Assembly: GCA_963849325.1 (NCBI GenBank)
Contig: CAWKHF010000007.1
Location: forward strand, 512,001-576,000
Direction of reading: 5' to 3'
Origin: an uncultured Planctomycetota bacterium
GTDB lineage: Bacteria; Planctomycetota; Planctomycetia; Gemmatales; Gemmataceae
Length of the DNA stretch: 64,000 nucleotides
The notes under the pieces are model-generated. The model had not been told where the DNA came from. It made no database searches and saw only the letters and a program-made list of their open reading frames with translations. This document shows, piece after piece, positions 31,815 through 42,843 of the stretch; position 1 is the first letter of the stretch, and every line of letters begins with the position of its first letter. Made by a program: the position numbers and the translations under genes.

Positions 31815-34478
31815 ATGGAGAACGCCGCCACTGAAAGGGAATTCCTCGATCCGCCTCGGACGTCGGCCTGGCTCGACCAGGCGCCGGGGCCGGTGGCCGG
31901 CTGGTTTCGCCGGCGCTTCGGTGAGCCGACCGAGATCCAGCGCGCCGCCTGGTCGCATCTGCCATCCGGGCGGCACCTCCTGCTCAGCGCCCCGACCGGC
32001 ACCGGCAAGACGCTCGCCGCTTTCCTCCCGATCCTGACGCAGCTACTCCTATGCGGAAGGGAAGACAGACCCCATTCGGCATTGTCTTGCTTGTACGTCT
32101 CGCCGCTCAAGGCACTGAGCAACGACACCTACCGGACGCTGGCGGGGCACGTCGAGGAACTGACGGCGTTATGGCCCGGCGCTCGCGTACCGCGTCTGGG
32201 GGTGCGCAGCGGCGATTCGACGGCGACGGAGCGGCGGCGATTGCGCACGCATCCGCCGGACATCCTGCTGACCACTCCCGAGAGCATCGCGGTGCTGCTC
32301 AGCCAGCCGATGGCCCGGCAACTGTTCGCCGGCCTGCGCTGGGTCGTGGTCGATGAGGTACACGCCCTGGCCGCGAGCAAACGGGGCGCGGACCTGGCCC
32401 TGAGCCTGGAACGGCTGGCGCAGTTGTGCGGCGGACGACTCCAGCGCATCGGCCTATCGGCTACTGCCACGCCGCTCGTTGAGGCCGCGCGTTGGTTGAC
32501 CGGCGAGAGCTGCGCCATTGCGCAAGCGAGAGACGGGACACCGTTGCAACTGACGATCCGCCCGCTGGAGGAGAGCGGACATTTCCTGGCCACGCTCGTC
32601 GATCAGATCGCCCCGGAAGTGCGCGGCAACCGAGCGACGCTGATCTTCACGAACACGCGGCGGCTGACGGAGCAACTGGCCTGGGCACTGCGGCGCAACC
32701 TGCCGGAGTTGCAAGAGCACATCGCCGTACACCATTCGTCGCTGGCGGCGGAGCGCCGCCGCGAAGTCGAGGAGAAGTTCAAGCAGGGGCACTTGCGGGC
32801 GGTGGTCAGCAGCACGAGCCTGGAGCTGGGCATCGACATCGGCAGCATCGACCTGGCCGTGCTGGTGCATCCGCCCGGCGACGTGATCCGTCTGCTGCAG
32901 CGCGTCGGCCGGGCCGGTCACGGGCCGGGTCGCGTCAAACGCGGCCTGGTGCTGACGGCGACCGAGGCCGAATTGCTGGAGGCCGCCGTCACCGCCGTCT
33001 CCGGCGAGGCGGGCCAGTGTGAACCGCTGCGCATCCCTGTCCACCCGCTCGACGTCCTGTGCCAGCACATTCTCGGCATGGCGGCGGTGCGGGCCTGGTC
33101 GGCGGACGAGATGTTCGATCTCGTCCGCCGCGCTGCCCCCTACCGCGATCTGTCGCGCCGCGATTTCGACGATTGTCTGGCCTATCTCGGTTGCCGGCCG
33201 ACGGCGGACGAGGCGGGTTGGTTGCCGCCGCGTTTGCAGGGTAGACCGGAGAGCTTCACCATCCTCGATCCGCGAACGGCCCGCTTGCTCCGCCGCAACC
33301 TCGGCACCATCCTCGCCGATCCCACCTACGTCGTAAATCGTGGAGGGTGGAGGGTGGAGGGTGGAGGGAAAAATGCCGCTTCTACCCTCCACCCTCCACC
33401 CTCCACCCTCCACCCGACCGACACCCTCCACCCGACCGACACCCTCCGCGTTGGCGAGGTCCAGCAGGCGTTCGCCGAGCGCTTGCGACCGGGTGATCGC
33501 TTTCTGCTCGATGGCCGCTGTCTGCAAGTCTGCTCGGTGCGTCCCGAAGAAAGTGTGCTGTACGTCGAGGAGGTGACCGGCCGGCCAGTGGTGCCCCGTT
33601 GGGGGGGCAATGGCTGGCCGCTGTCCTCGGAACTGGCTGGCCGTCTGTACCTGCTGCGCGTGCAGGCCGCGGAAGCTCTGCGCGATGGTCCGCACGCGCT
33701 GACCGAACTGCTGCGGCGCGATTTCCGACTGGATGACAAGGCCGTCGCCGTTTTGTCCGCGTTCTTCCAGCGGCAGGAATGCGTCAGTGAAATACCGGAC
33801 TCGGCCGGTTGCCTGGTCGAGATCGTCGCCCACGACGAGGGTGCCGACTACTATGTGCATACCCCCCTCAACCGTCTCGGCAATGACGCCCTGGCACGGG
33901 TGGCCGTGCATCGGCTGGCACGCGACCGGGGGCGCTCCGCCGACTCCATCGTGGCGGACCTCGGTTTCGCGCTGCTGGTTCGCGGCGAACCGCGGCCGGG
34001 CGAAGCGAGCGCGGAAATGCTGCGGGACCTGCTGGCCGCCTCGGGCTTCGAGGAAGACCTGGATGCGGCCCTGGAGGGAAGCGCCGCCGTGCGCGAACGC
34101 TTTCAATGCGTGGCGCAGACCGGACTGATGCTGCTGCGGCAGCCCCTGGGACGGAGGCGGCGCGTCGGCGGACGAGACTGGGGCGCACGCCGCCTCTTCG
34201 ACAAGGTCCAGGCGCGGGACGCGGATTTCGTGCTGCTGCGGCAGGCGCGACGCGAGGTCCGACGCGAACGGTGCGATGCCGCGGCGGCAAACTCCTACGT
34301 GCGAGACCTGGAACGACGGCCCTTGCGCTGCCGCCGGCTGGCCCAGCCGTCGCCGTTCGTCGAAGGTTGGACGCAAATCGGATCGGGGGCGGCCGCTAAC
34401 GTCGAGACACCGGCGGAGGCCCTTCTGCGTCTGCATGAGTCGCTGACGGAGGCAAGCAACGATGCGCGTCCTGAATGA
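31815..34478 (+). CDS. Lhr-family SF2 helicase
   Basis: APTGTGKT, SPLKAL, TTPES, DEVH, GLSAT, HHSSL, LELGIDIG, QRVGRAGH. Confidence 0.92.
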   Translation: MENAATEREFLDPPRTSAWLDQAPGPVAGWFRRRFGEPTEIQRAAWSHLPSGRHLLLSAPTGTGKTLAAFLPILTQLLLCGREDRPHSALSCLYVSPLKALSNDTYRTLAGHVEELTALWPGARVPRLGVRSGDSTATERRRLRTHPPDILLTTPESIAVLLSQPMARQLFAGLRWVVVDEVHALAASKRGADLALSLERLAQLCGGRLQRIGLSATATPLVEAARWLTGESCAIAQARDGTPLQLTIRPLEESGHFLATLVDQIAPEVRGNRATLIFTNTRRLTEQLAWALRRNLPELQEHIAVHHSSLAAERRREVEEKFKQGHLRAVVSSTSLELGIDIGSIDLAVLVHPPGDVIRLLQRVGRAGHGPGRVKRGLVLTATEAELLEAAVTAVSGEAGQCEPLRIPVHPLDVLCQHILGMAAVRAWSADEMFDLVRRAAPYRDLSRRDFDDCLAYLGCRPTADEAGWLPPRLQGRPESFTILDPRTARLLRRNLGTILADPTYVVNRGGWRVEGGGKNAASTLHPPPSTLHPTDTLHPTDTLRVGEVQQAFAERLRPGDRFLLDGRCLQVCSVRPEESVLYVEEVTGRPVVPRWGGNGWPLSSELAGRLYLLRVQAAEALRDGPHALTELLRRDFRLDDKAVAVLSAFFQRQECVSEIPDSAGCLVEIVAHDEGADYYVHTPLNRLGNDALARVAVHRLARDRGRSADSIVADLGFALLVRGEPRPGEASAEMLRDLLAASGFEEDLDAALEGSAAVRERFQCVAQTGLMLLRQPLGRRRRVGGRDWGARRLFDKVQARDADFVLLRQARREVRRERCDAAAANSYVRDLERRPLRCRRLAQPSPFVEGWTQIGSGAAANVETPAEALLRLHESLTEASNDARPE
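33341..33447. repeat. Palindromic heptamer element inserted in frame in the helicase
   Basis: (TGGAGGG)4 ... (CCCTCCA)4 plus an 18-bp duplication. Confidence 0.88.
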
Positions 34479-35202
34479 CTGGTTGCTGACGCCGGAACGG
34501 GTGGCCGTGTATCTGCCCAGTGCGACGGCCGTCCTCGCCGACCCACATCTTGGCTACGCCGAGGCCCGGCGGCGCAGCGGCGAGGCAGTGCCGGACGATT
34601 CTCTCGACGAGCAACTCGCCGGCCTGTGCCGCGTGATGCGGCGTCACGCCGCGAAGCGCCTGGTCATCGCCGGCGACCTGCTCGAAGACGGCCGCTGTCA
34701 TGAGACGCTGACGGCCTTTCGTCACTGGTTGAGGCAGGCCGGTATCGAGTTGGCGGGCGTCGTGCCGGGTAATCACGATGCCGGTCTGGAAACGTCCTTG
34801 GCAACCTCGAAACTCCCTCTCTATCCCGACGGTTTTTCCCTCGGCGAGTGGAAGGTGATCCACGGAGATGGCGCCATCCCGGACGGTCGCGTGGTGCAGG
34901 GCCACGAACACCCCTGCCTGCGCTGGGTGCCAACGGCGCGAGCGGTTCGGCCGCGTTTTTTCCGCGACCGAACCGCTCCGGGCGTCCTTGACGGGGCTTG
35001 CTATCTGGCGGGTCCGCAGCGTCTGGTCCTACCGGCCTTCTCAGCGGAAGCGGCCGGTGTCAACGTCCTGTCCGTTCGGCGCTGGCGGTCGTACCGCTGT
35101 TACGTCCTCGCCGGGGAACGTGTGCTGGACCTGGGAGAATTGGCGACCCTCCGCTCCCGGCTCGCGGTCGCCGGCCGAGCGCCGCGCGTCGATTACCAGT
35201 AA
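34462..35202 (+). CDS. Lhr-associated metallophosphoesterase
   Basis: ADPHLG, AGDL, GNHD, HG, GHEHP, LPAFS. Confidence 0.9.
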   Translation: MRVLNDWLLTPERVAVYLPSATAVLADPHLGYAEARRRSGEAVPDDSLDEQLAGLCRVMRRHAAKRLVIAGDLLEDGRCHETLTAFRHWLRQAGIELAGVVPGNHDAGLETSLATSKLPLYPDGFSLGEWKVIHGDGAIPDGRVVQGHEHPCLRWVPTARAVRPRFFRDRTAPGVLDGACYLAGPQRLVLPAFSAEAAGVNVLSVRRWRSYRCYVLAGERVLDLGELATLRSRLAVAGRAPRVDYQ

Positions 35203-35919
35203 CGCAGCTTCCACCAGTCCTGCTTGGTCGCGGTCTTGCTGAACCACCAGAAACAGTCATCCCACTCCAGCTTCACCGAACGCCAGCCGAGGGGGATCTT
35301 GGGGAACGGGTAGCAAGGCCCGATGAATGGAAAGGCGTTGTACGGATACGCCAGCGGATACCCCACGCGCGAGTAATTGTTGTACGGCGCGTACGTCGGC
35401 CAGGCATAGGGCGGCATACGGGGCGGATTGAGGCTATGCGGCGCGGGTGGGCGCCTGGAAGATGGGCATCGCTTCCGGCGGCGCCTGACCCGGTGCGGCC
35501 TGCGGCGCGGGGTTCGCCGGGACCGGGTTGGCGGGCGGCAGACCTTGGAGCGTGCCCGGAACGCCGCCGGCCTGCACCGGCACGACCGTTTCGGCCACGG
35601 TCAAATGATCGACCACCCGCTCGACGCCGGCAACGCCCTGTACGAGTCGCACCACCTGTTCGCGCTGCCCGGCATCGGCCACGGCGCCGCTTAACTCGGC
35701 CAGGCCGTCCGTAAAGGAGATATCCACGTCGTAATGTCGCAAAAGGCCGCTCTGGTGGAGCTGGGCGGCGATGCGGTCGGCTGTCTGTTGGTTGGTGGCG
35801 GGAGCGACGTTCAGAGGCGAGGGTTCACACGCGGGCGGCTCCGCCGCTGGGGCCAGCCAGGGTTGCAACACCGACAACCCCAGGGCGAAGGCCAGGGAAA
35901 AACGGGCAGGAACGGTCAC
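35193..35919 (-). CDS. BON-domain secreted protein with a Pro/Tyr-rich tail (frameshift near 35435)
   Basis: AELSGAVAD...VQGVAGVERVVDHL; tail PPYAWPTYAPYNNYSRVGYP...WRSVKLEWDD. Confidence 0.75.
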
Positions 35920-36265
35920 GGCAACATCCTCCTGATGTAAGCGCATCGCAGACGATGGGTAACTATTCCCGATGAATGCCGTCCGGTCAAATCCGCGAAA
36001 TGATCGCCGTGCGATTCGTCGCCGCCCCGCGCCGGTCTCGGAGGAAAAAAGCTCCCGTCGAGCATCCTCGGCAAAAAGCCATCCGCAGCGCGAAATCCGC
36101 GCTCCTTGTCGAAGAATGGCTTCAAGAGGCTACTTACCTCATTGGTGGAAACGACTTGCAATCAGCCCTCGGCAAGGGAGTTGCCAGCGCACGCAAGTCG
36201 CCTCGAAGGATACGGAATAGAATACGCCGTAATCGTGCGTTCTTCTTCCGAAAGGAGCCATCCTC

Positions 36266-37972
36266 ATGCGATCCTTCCCGACTGCCATGACCCTGTTGGC
36301 GTTCTGCATTCCGGCGCTCGGCCAGGAGAACACCAAGACCTTTACGTACACGAAGACAAAGCAGGCCGACCTCGAAATGGTCGTCCACTTTCCTCCCGGC
36401 TGGAAGGAAACCGACAAACGGCCCGGTATCGTCTTCTTCTTCGGCGGCGGCTGGGAGAATGGGACGATCCAGGCGTTCGAGCCGCAGGCACAATACTTCG
36501 CCAGCCGAGGCCTGGTGACGGCACGGGCCGACTATCGGGTGAAATCTCGTCACGGCGTCACGCCCAAGGAATGCGTGGAGGATGCTCGGAGCGCGATTCG
36601 TTGGTTCCGTCAGAATGCGGCCCCATTGGGCGTCGATCCGGACAAGATCGTGGCGTCGGGCGGCTCGGCGGGAGGTCACATCGCTGCCTGTACCACCTTG
36701 ATGTCCGCGTCGGAAGGCAAAGACGAGAAGGTTTCGTGCCAAGCGAACGCACTACTCCTCTTCAATCCGGTACTTCGTTTCGGGCCGCGGTTGCTCAAGA
36801 GGGTGGACAACGACGAAGCGGTGGGCAAGGCGATCTCGCCGATCCTGTATCTGACCAAAGACAGCCCGCCCACCTTGCTGTTCTTCGGCACCGACGACTT
36901 CCTCATCAAGCAGGGCGAGGAATTCATCCAGCGCTCGAAGGAACTTGGGCACCGCTGCGAGATGTTCACCGCCGAGAAGCAACCGCACGCCTTCTTCCAC
37001 AAGTCGCCGTGGAAGGAAAAAACGCTGCAACGGGCCGACGAGTTCCTGGCCTCGCTGGGCTACCTTCAAGGGAAACCGACGATCGCGGTCCCCGATGCGA
37101 AGAAGGAGAAGCCGAAGGTGCAACCCGGGCCGAAGGTGCCGCCAACCTTCGAGAACGTGAAATACGGCCCGCATGAGCGCAATGTGCTGGACTTCTGGCA
37201 GGCCAAGTCGCAACAACCGACGCCGGTGCTGGTGTCGATCCACGGCGGCGGGTTCGTGGCGGGCAACAAGAGCGTCAGGCCGTTTATTCGGAAGGAATGC
37301 CTCGACAATGGCATCTCGGTCGCCGCCATCAACTATCGTTATTCGACGCAGGCCATCGCACCGGCACCGTTTCAGGACGGGGCCCGGGCCGTCCAGTTCC
37401 TTCGCTCCAAGGCGAAGGAATGGAACCTCGACGCGAAACGCTTCGCTGCCACGGGCGGCTCCGCCGGTGCGGGCATCTCGTTGTGGCTCAGCTTCCACAA
37501 GGACATGGCCGACCCGAAGAATGACGATCCGGTCCTGCGCCAGTCCACACGGCTGACGTGCCTGTTTGTCTTCGAGGGGCAAACGTCCTACGATCCGAGG
37601 TTCATTCGCAAGCTGTTCCCGGACAAGGACATTTACAAGATCGGCGCCCTGCAAAAACTCTTCGACTTCGACCCGAATCAACTCGACCATCTGCCGGCCG
37701 AGAAGTACAAGCTGTTCGAGGAATGCTCGCCGATCACGCACGTCACGAAGGACGCTCCACCCGTGCTGCTGATTTACAACAACCCGATTGACGCCAAGAT
37801 CACCAACCCGGGGATCGGCATTCACCATCCCCTGTTCGGCAAGGCGCTCAAGGAAAAGATGGACGCCCTCAAGGTTCCATGCGAAGTCGTTGCGGCGGGC
37901 AAACGGCTTGACGGCGGCATGCCGACAAGGACCATCGACTTCCTGCGAGAGCATTTGGGGATCAAGAAGTGA
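36266..37972 (+). CDS. Secreted tandem alpha/beta hydrolase (two esterase domains)
   Basis: FFGGGW/GGSAGG and HGGGF/GGSAGA. Confidence 0.9.
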   Translation: MRSFPTAMTLLAFCIPALGQENTKTFTYTKTKQADLEMVVHFPPGWKETDKRPGIVFFFGGGWENGTIQAFEPQAQYFASRGLVTARADYRVKSRHGVTPKECVEDARSAIRWFRQNAAPLGVDPDKIVASGGSAGGHIAACTTLMSASEGKDEKVSCQANALLLFNPVLRFGPRLLKRVDNDEAVGKAISPILYLTKDSPPTLLFFGTDDFLIKQGEEFIQRSKELGHRCEMFTAEKQPHAFFHKSPWKEKTLQRADEFLASLGYLQGKPTIAVPDAKKEKPKVQPGPKVPPTFENVKYGPHERNVLDFWQAKSQQPTPVLVSIHGGGFVAGNKSVRPFIRKECLDNGISVAAINYRYSTQAIAPAPFQDGARAVQFLRSKAKEWNLDAKRFAATGGSAGAGISLWLSFHKDMADPKNDDPVLRQSTRLTCLFVFEGQTSYDPRFIRKLFPDKDIYKIGALQKLFDFDPNQLDHLPAEKYKLFEECSPITHVTKDAPPVLLIYNNPIDAKITNPGIGIHHPLFGKALKEKMDALKVPCEVVAAGKRLDGGMPTRTIDFLREHLGIKK

Positions 37973-38009
37973 CTGCGCCGCTGCGTGGAGGTCGAGGCAT
38001 GACTCGCCT

Positions 38010-38110
38010 CGTCCCCGCGCGGCTCGATCCGGTGCGGGACTGGATCGCGCACTACGATCGGTTCTGGGATGGCCACTTCCAACGGCTTCAGAATCATCTA
38101 ACCAAAGGGA
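38010..38110 (+). pseudogene. Fragment resembling an ArsR-family C-terminus
   Basis: Translates RLDPVRDWIAHYDRFWDGHFQRLQNHL; no N-terminal HTH. Confidence 0.45.
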
Positions 38111-38319
38111 ACGAAAAATAACGGAAAGTATTCGAAGTGCCAAGCGCACCACCAAGCGGGCCGCGAAGAAGGCGGCCGCGCCGCCGGACTGCGCGGACAA
38201 GGCGGACGGGGAAAGTCGCCGTGCTCGCGAAGTCAGCGACGTGGATCAGAGGTCCGCCCCGCCGACCTACTTGATCGAGTGGGACCGGCACACGCTGGAC
38301 CACATGCACCCCGTCTACC

Positions 38320-38500
38320 GCTTCCTCGCTGTCGGCAAACGGCACCACGTCGTCGGCCCGTGAGTGCAGGATCGTCGTGTTCTGCTTCACGGTCCTGGCG
38401 GTCCCGTGCTTCCTCCAGGCAGGGCAAAGTAGCACCAGCGGGGTGTCGCCTCTGTCGGGGTTCCTGGCCACGGCCCCGCCCCGTGAAGAGCCGACGACAC
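38320..38500 (-). pseudogene. Alpha/beta hydrolase fragment
   Basis: VVGSSRGGAVA...LVLLCPAW...ILHSRADDVVPF. Confidence 0.55.
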
Positions 38501-38683
38501 GGCGGGCTGCGACCAGCGCCCGCTCGGTCGTCGCCTCGCAGGGGGCTACTCCCTGAGTAAAATAGGGCCTTAACTTACGGCGGAAGGCGGGTGCGCCCTC
38601 AGCCCTTCCCCCGGCCCCGTCAACGACGACGTTGGTGCAGCAATACATGCGCCGTCCCGGGCGTTTTGAGGCACGAACCGAAT

Positions 38684-38740
38684 GTGGCGGCACGTTTGTA
38701 ACGTGCCGTACAATCCAACACGTTGAAAACGTGTTGCCAC
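38684..38740. repeat. REP-like palindrome
   Basis: TGGCGGCACGTTTGTAACGTG ... CACGTTGAAAACGTGTTGCCAC. Confidence 0.6.
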
Positions 38741-39044
38741 ATTTTGTTAGAGCCTCTTACGGTCGCGGCTCGGTTCCTTTCGTCAGGTGACACTTCGGAA
38801 ATTGACAAAGCTGTTAGATCGCAGGGAGAAGTTTCTTCTTTTTCTCCGCGCTTCGCGGTAGGTTGCAATCCGAATGGAGTTGCGGCGGCACTGGGCCGAC
38901 AAGAGGGGACGAAGGAGGACGGAAAGATCGCTATCTTCTTCATAATCATTCTCACCCCAATTATCCGATTAAATGCTACGTTCTCCCAGGCCCGATCGAC
39001 CGCCCGCCTGTTCGGATCGAAGGATGGGAAAAGGAGCCATACGG

Positions 39045-40773
39045 ATGGAACGATTCGGCAGGTTCATCCTTGTCCTCCCGCCTCTGCTGTTGCCGTGGTT
39101 TGTGTCGTTGCCCTGCCGCGCCCAGCCCCCGACCCCTGCGCCGACGATAACCGTCCCGACCCCTCCGCCAGCGGGCGGCGTTGCCGAGCGGACTCCGTTC
39201 CCTCAACAGCTTGAGACGACCGCGCAGCCAAGCCTGAAGTCTCCCCTGGAGGTGCCACCGCCGGCCAGCGGCGAAGTCGTGGAGATGAAACTTCCACCCC
39301 TGGAGCCGGGCGATCGGCGTTTTCCGATCAACCTGGCCACGGCCTTGCGACTGGCCGACGCTCGGCCGTTAATGGTGGCCGCCGCCCAGGCCAGCGCCTG
39401 GGTGGCCGAAGCGAAACTCCAGAAGGCCAAGGTCCTCTGGGTTCCCTCTTTTATGATGAACGCCGTTTACATGCGGCACGATGGCTACGGCCCAGACTTC
39501 AACGGCGGCATTAACATTCCTCAGGGCGAAAATGCTTTCGGGCAACCTGCGCCCGGCAGTTTTGGCAAACCCCTGAACCAGAACCTCAACTGGTTCTTCT
39601 CCGGTGTCTCGCTGTATCAGGCCGTCGCCATGACCGACGCGATTTTTCAGCCGTTGGCCGCGCGGCAAGATCTCAATGCCAAACGCTGGGACATTCAGAG
39701 TGCCAAAAATAATGTCCTGCTGGAAACCGCCTCCGCCTATTTCAACGTCCATCGCTTCCGGGGGCGTTACACGGGTGCCCTGTACTGCGTTGAAGAAGGC
39801 CGTAAGCTCCTGGCCAAGATTAACTCGTTGAGCAAGGATCTGGTGCCGAGCGTCGAGGTGGACCGTGCCCGGAACCTACTTGCCTTCCTGGAGGTGCAGG
39901 CCGTCTCCGACCGCGAAAACTGGCGCGTTGCCAGCGCCGATCTTACGCAAGTGCTCCGTCTCGATCCTCGGGCCGTGGTCGAACCCGTGGAAAACGATCA
40001 CATGCAGTTCACCTTGATCGACCCCGACCGTTCCCTCGATGACCTGATCCCCCTCGGCCTGACCAACCGCCCGGAATTGGCCTCGCAGCAAGCGCTCATC
40101 CAGGCGACCCTGGTACGCATCCGTCAGGAGAAGATGCGGCCTCTCTTGCCCTCCATTATCCTTTCGGGTTGGCAAACGCCGGGCGGCATGACGACCCAGG
40201 CCGGCATTTTCGCGACCGGCAACGGCGGGAAGCTTAATTTGTGGAGTTTCCGCGACGACATCAGCACGCAGATAGTCTGGCAAATGCAAAACTTGGGCTT
40301 TGGCAACGCCGCCTTAATCAAGAAGCGGCGCGGAGAGCAATCGCAGGCCACCGCGGAGTTGTTCCGCTTGCAAGACGCCGTCGCCTCGGATATTACCCAG
40401 GCCCAAGCAAAATTGCAATCGGCGGCCGCCCGCGTCGTCCAGGCCGAACGTTCGTTGCAAACGAGCCTTGTCACCTTCCAAAAGAACCTGGAGGGTCTGG
40501 GCCAAACGCGGCGATTTGGGAACCTCCTCGAATTGGTCTACCGGCCGCAGGAAGTGGTCTATGCCCTCAAGCTGTTGAAGCTGGCATTTGACGAGTATTT
40601 CGGCACGGTAGCGGAGTACAACACGGCGCAATTCGAGTTGTTCCACGCGCCTCGGTTATCCGGCGCGGGAAATCTCGTTCCTCCAGACGCCCGGCGAAAT
40701 CGCCCCCGTAGACACGTCGCGGCCCAATTATCTGCCCTCGGTCGGCACAGGACCGCCGCCAGCGACACGCTAA
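39045..40773 (+). CDS. TolC-family outer membrane protein, paralog 1 (frameshift near 40650)
   Basis: PINLATALRLADARP, SAYFNV, GLTNRPELA; shared C-terminus VGTGPPPATR in the shifted frame. Confidence 0.8.
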
Positions 40774-40778
40774 AAAAG

Positions 40779-41012
40779 TTCCGAGTTCGGAGTTCTGAGT
40801 TCGGAGTGAAAAACAACCGCTTGTTTCTTTCACTTAGCGTCTGTCCGGTAAGCCCCTCTCCCCCGGTACTCCGGGGGAGAGGGGTTGGGGTGAGGGGGTG
40901 TGCTTTCCGCGAGTTTCTCGCCCCCTCACCCCCAACCCCTCTCCCCCGAGTACGGGGGAGAGGGGGGCTTGTGGGACAGACTCTCAGAACTCAGAACTCC
41001 GAACTCCGAACT
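40779..41012. repeat. Nested palindromic elements
   Basis: GAGTTCG/CGAACTC heptamer arms enclosing CCCCTCTCCCCC..GGGGGAGAGGGGTTGGGGTGAGGGG and its inverse. Confidence 0.85.
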
Positions 41013-41032
41013 AGGAGATGGGAGGCTTTCGG

Positions 41033-42758
41033 ATGCGGCGATTTAGTAAGTTGTTGATCGTCCTTACGATCCTGCCGCTCTCGTGGATGGAGTCGTTGCA
41101 CGCGCAGAACCCGCCGTCGAGTGACGTCGAGCCGACTCTGCCCTCGCCGCGTTCCACGGAGGAGCGCCGACCGGGCGGCGTCACCGAGAAAACTCCCTTT
41201 CCTCAGCGGCTCGAACTGCCCGCTCAACCAGAAAAGAAATCGTCTTTGGAGCTGCCGCCGCCTCCGGGCGGCGAGGCGGTGAAGGTGGATTTGCCACCAC
41301 TGGAGCCAGGCGACCAGCGTTTTCCGATCAACCTGGCCACCGCCTTGCGACTGGCCGATGGCCGGCCGTTGATCGTGGCCGCGGCCCAGGCCAGCGCCTG
41401 GGTCGCGGAGGCACGTCTTCAGAAGGCCAAGGTTCTCTGGCTGCCGGACCTCAACCTCGGTTTCGATTATATCCGGCACGACGGTTACGGACCCGATACC
41501 ATTCGCGGCGTGAACATTTCGGCGGACCAACTCCAGGGAGGGCCTGGCGGCTTCGGTCGATCGCAGAACCAGAACATCAACTTTTTCTACGCCGGCGGCG
41601 CCACGTTCATCCTGCGAAACGCCACGGATATGATCTTCGAGCCGCTGGCCGCCCGGCAGAGGTTGAATGCCGCGCGATGGAATATCCAGACCGCCAAGAA
41701 CGATGCGTTGTTGATGACGTTGCGGGCCTACTTCAATGTCCACCGCTATCGCGGTCAATACACCGGGGCCATCGATGTCGTCCGCAAGGGCCGCAAGCTC
41801 ATTGAGGAGATAGCGGACCTGAGTAAGGAACTGGTTCCGGCCGTCGAGATCGATCGTGCCGCAACTTCGTCGCCGACCTGGAGCAGCAAGCCGTCCTGGC
41901 TCGCCAGTTCTGGCGTCGTTCCAGCGCCGATCTCACGCAAGTGCTGCGGCTCGATCCGCGCGCCGTGGTCGAACCGCTCGAACCGGATCACATGCAGCTG
42001 ACCCTGATTGACGCCGACCGTTCGCTCGACGACCTGATCCCTGTCGGCCTGACCAATCGCCCCGAATTGGCCGGACAGCAGGCGCAGGTCCAGGCGGCGA
42101 TCGGCGCATCCGTCAGGAGAAGCTGCGTCCGTTCCTGCCCGTCCTCAATATCAATGGCTTTCAAACGCCCTACGAACAGATCCAGGTGGGCGGGTTCGGC
42201 ATCGGCAACGGCGGCAAGCTGAACAACTGGAGCGGCCGCGAAGACGTCGCTCCGCAGGCGCTGTGGCAATTCGATGGGCTGGGAATGGGCAACCTGGCGA
42301 TGGTTAAGTGGCGCCGCGGCGAGCAGTCTCAGGCCACCGTCGAATTGTTCCGAGTCCAGGACGCGGTGGCCGCGGACGTAACACGGGCCCAGGCGCGGCT
42401 TCAGTCGGCGGCGGCGCGAACCGTCCAGTCCGAGCGCGAGCTGGCCGCAGCCCTCGAGAACTACAACGGCGTCGTCGCGGGGTTAAAGCAAACCAAGCGC
42501 TTTGGCAACCTTCTGAAGCTGGCCTTCCGGCCGCAGGAAGCGGTCTTCTCGCTCAAGCTGCTCCAGTTGGCCTACGACAATTACTACCTCACGGTCGCCG
42601 ACTACAACACCGCGCAATTCGAGCTATTTCACGCTCTGGGCTACCCGGCGCGGGAAATCTCGTTCTTCCGAACGCCAGGCGAGATTGCTCCCGTGGACAC
42701 GACGCGGCCCACTTTTTTGCCTGCGGTGGGCACAGGACCGCCGCCGTCACCGCGGTAG
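41033..42758 (+). CDS. TolC-family outer membrane protein, paralog 2 (frameshifts near 41860 and 42100)
   Basis: Same motifs as paralogs 1 and 3, spread over three frames. Confidence 0.8.
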
Positions 42759-42763
42759 GAGAA

Positions 42764-42827
42764 GTTCTGAGTTCTGAGTTCTGAGTGAAAACAGAACTCA
42801 GAACTCAGAACTCAGAACTCAGAACTT
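42764..42827. repeat. Palindrome of GTTCTGA/TCAGAAC heptamers
   Basis: (GTTCTGA)3 ... (CAGAACT)5. Confidence 0.85.
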
Positions 42828-42843
42828 TGGAAGGAGCCATGCC

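Noticed and set aside
38973-41057. 694-aa TolC with a novel C-terminal extension
   Set aside because: A frameshift reads through repeat DNA; the paralogue-matching C-terminus ends at 40773.
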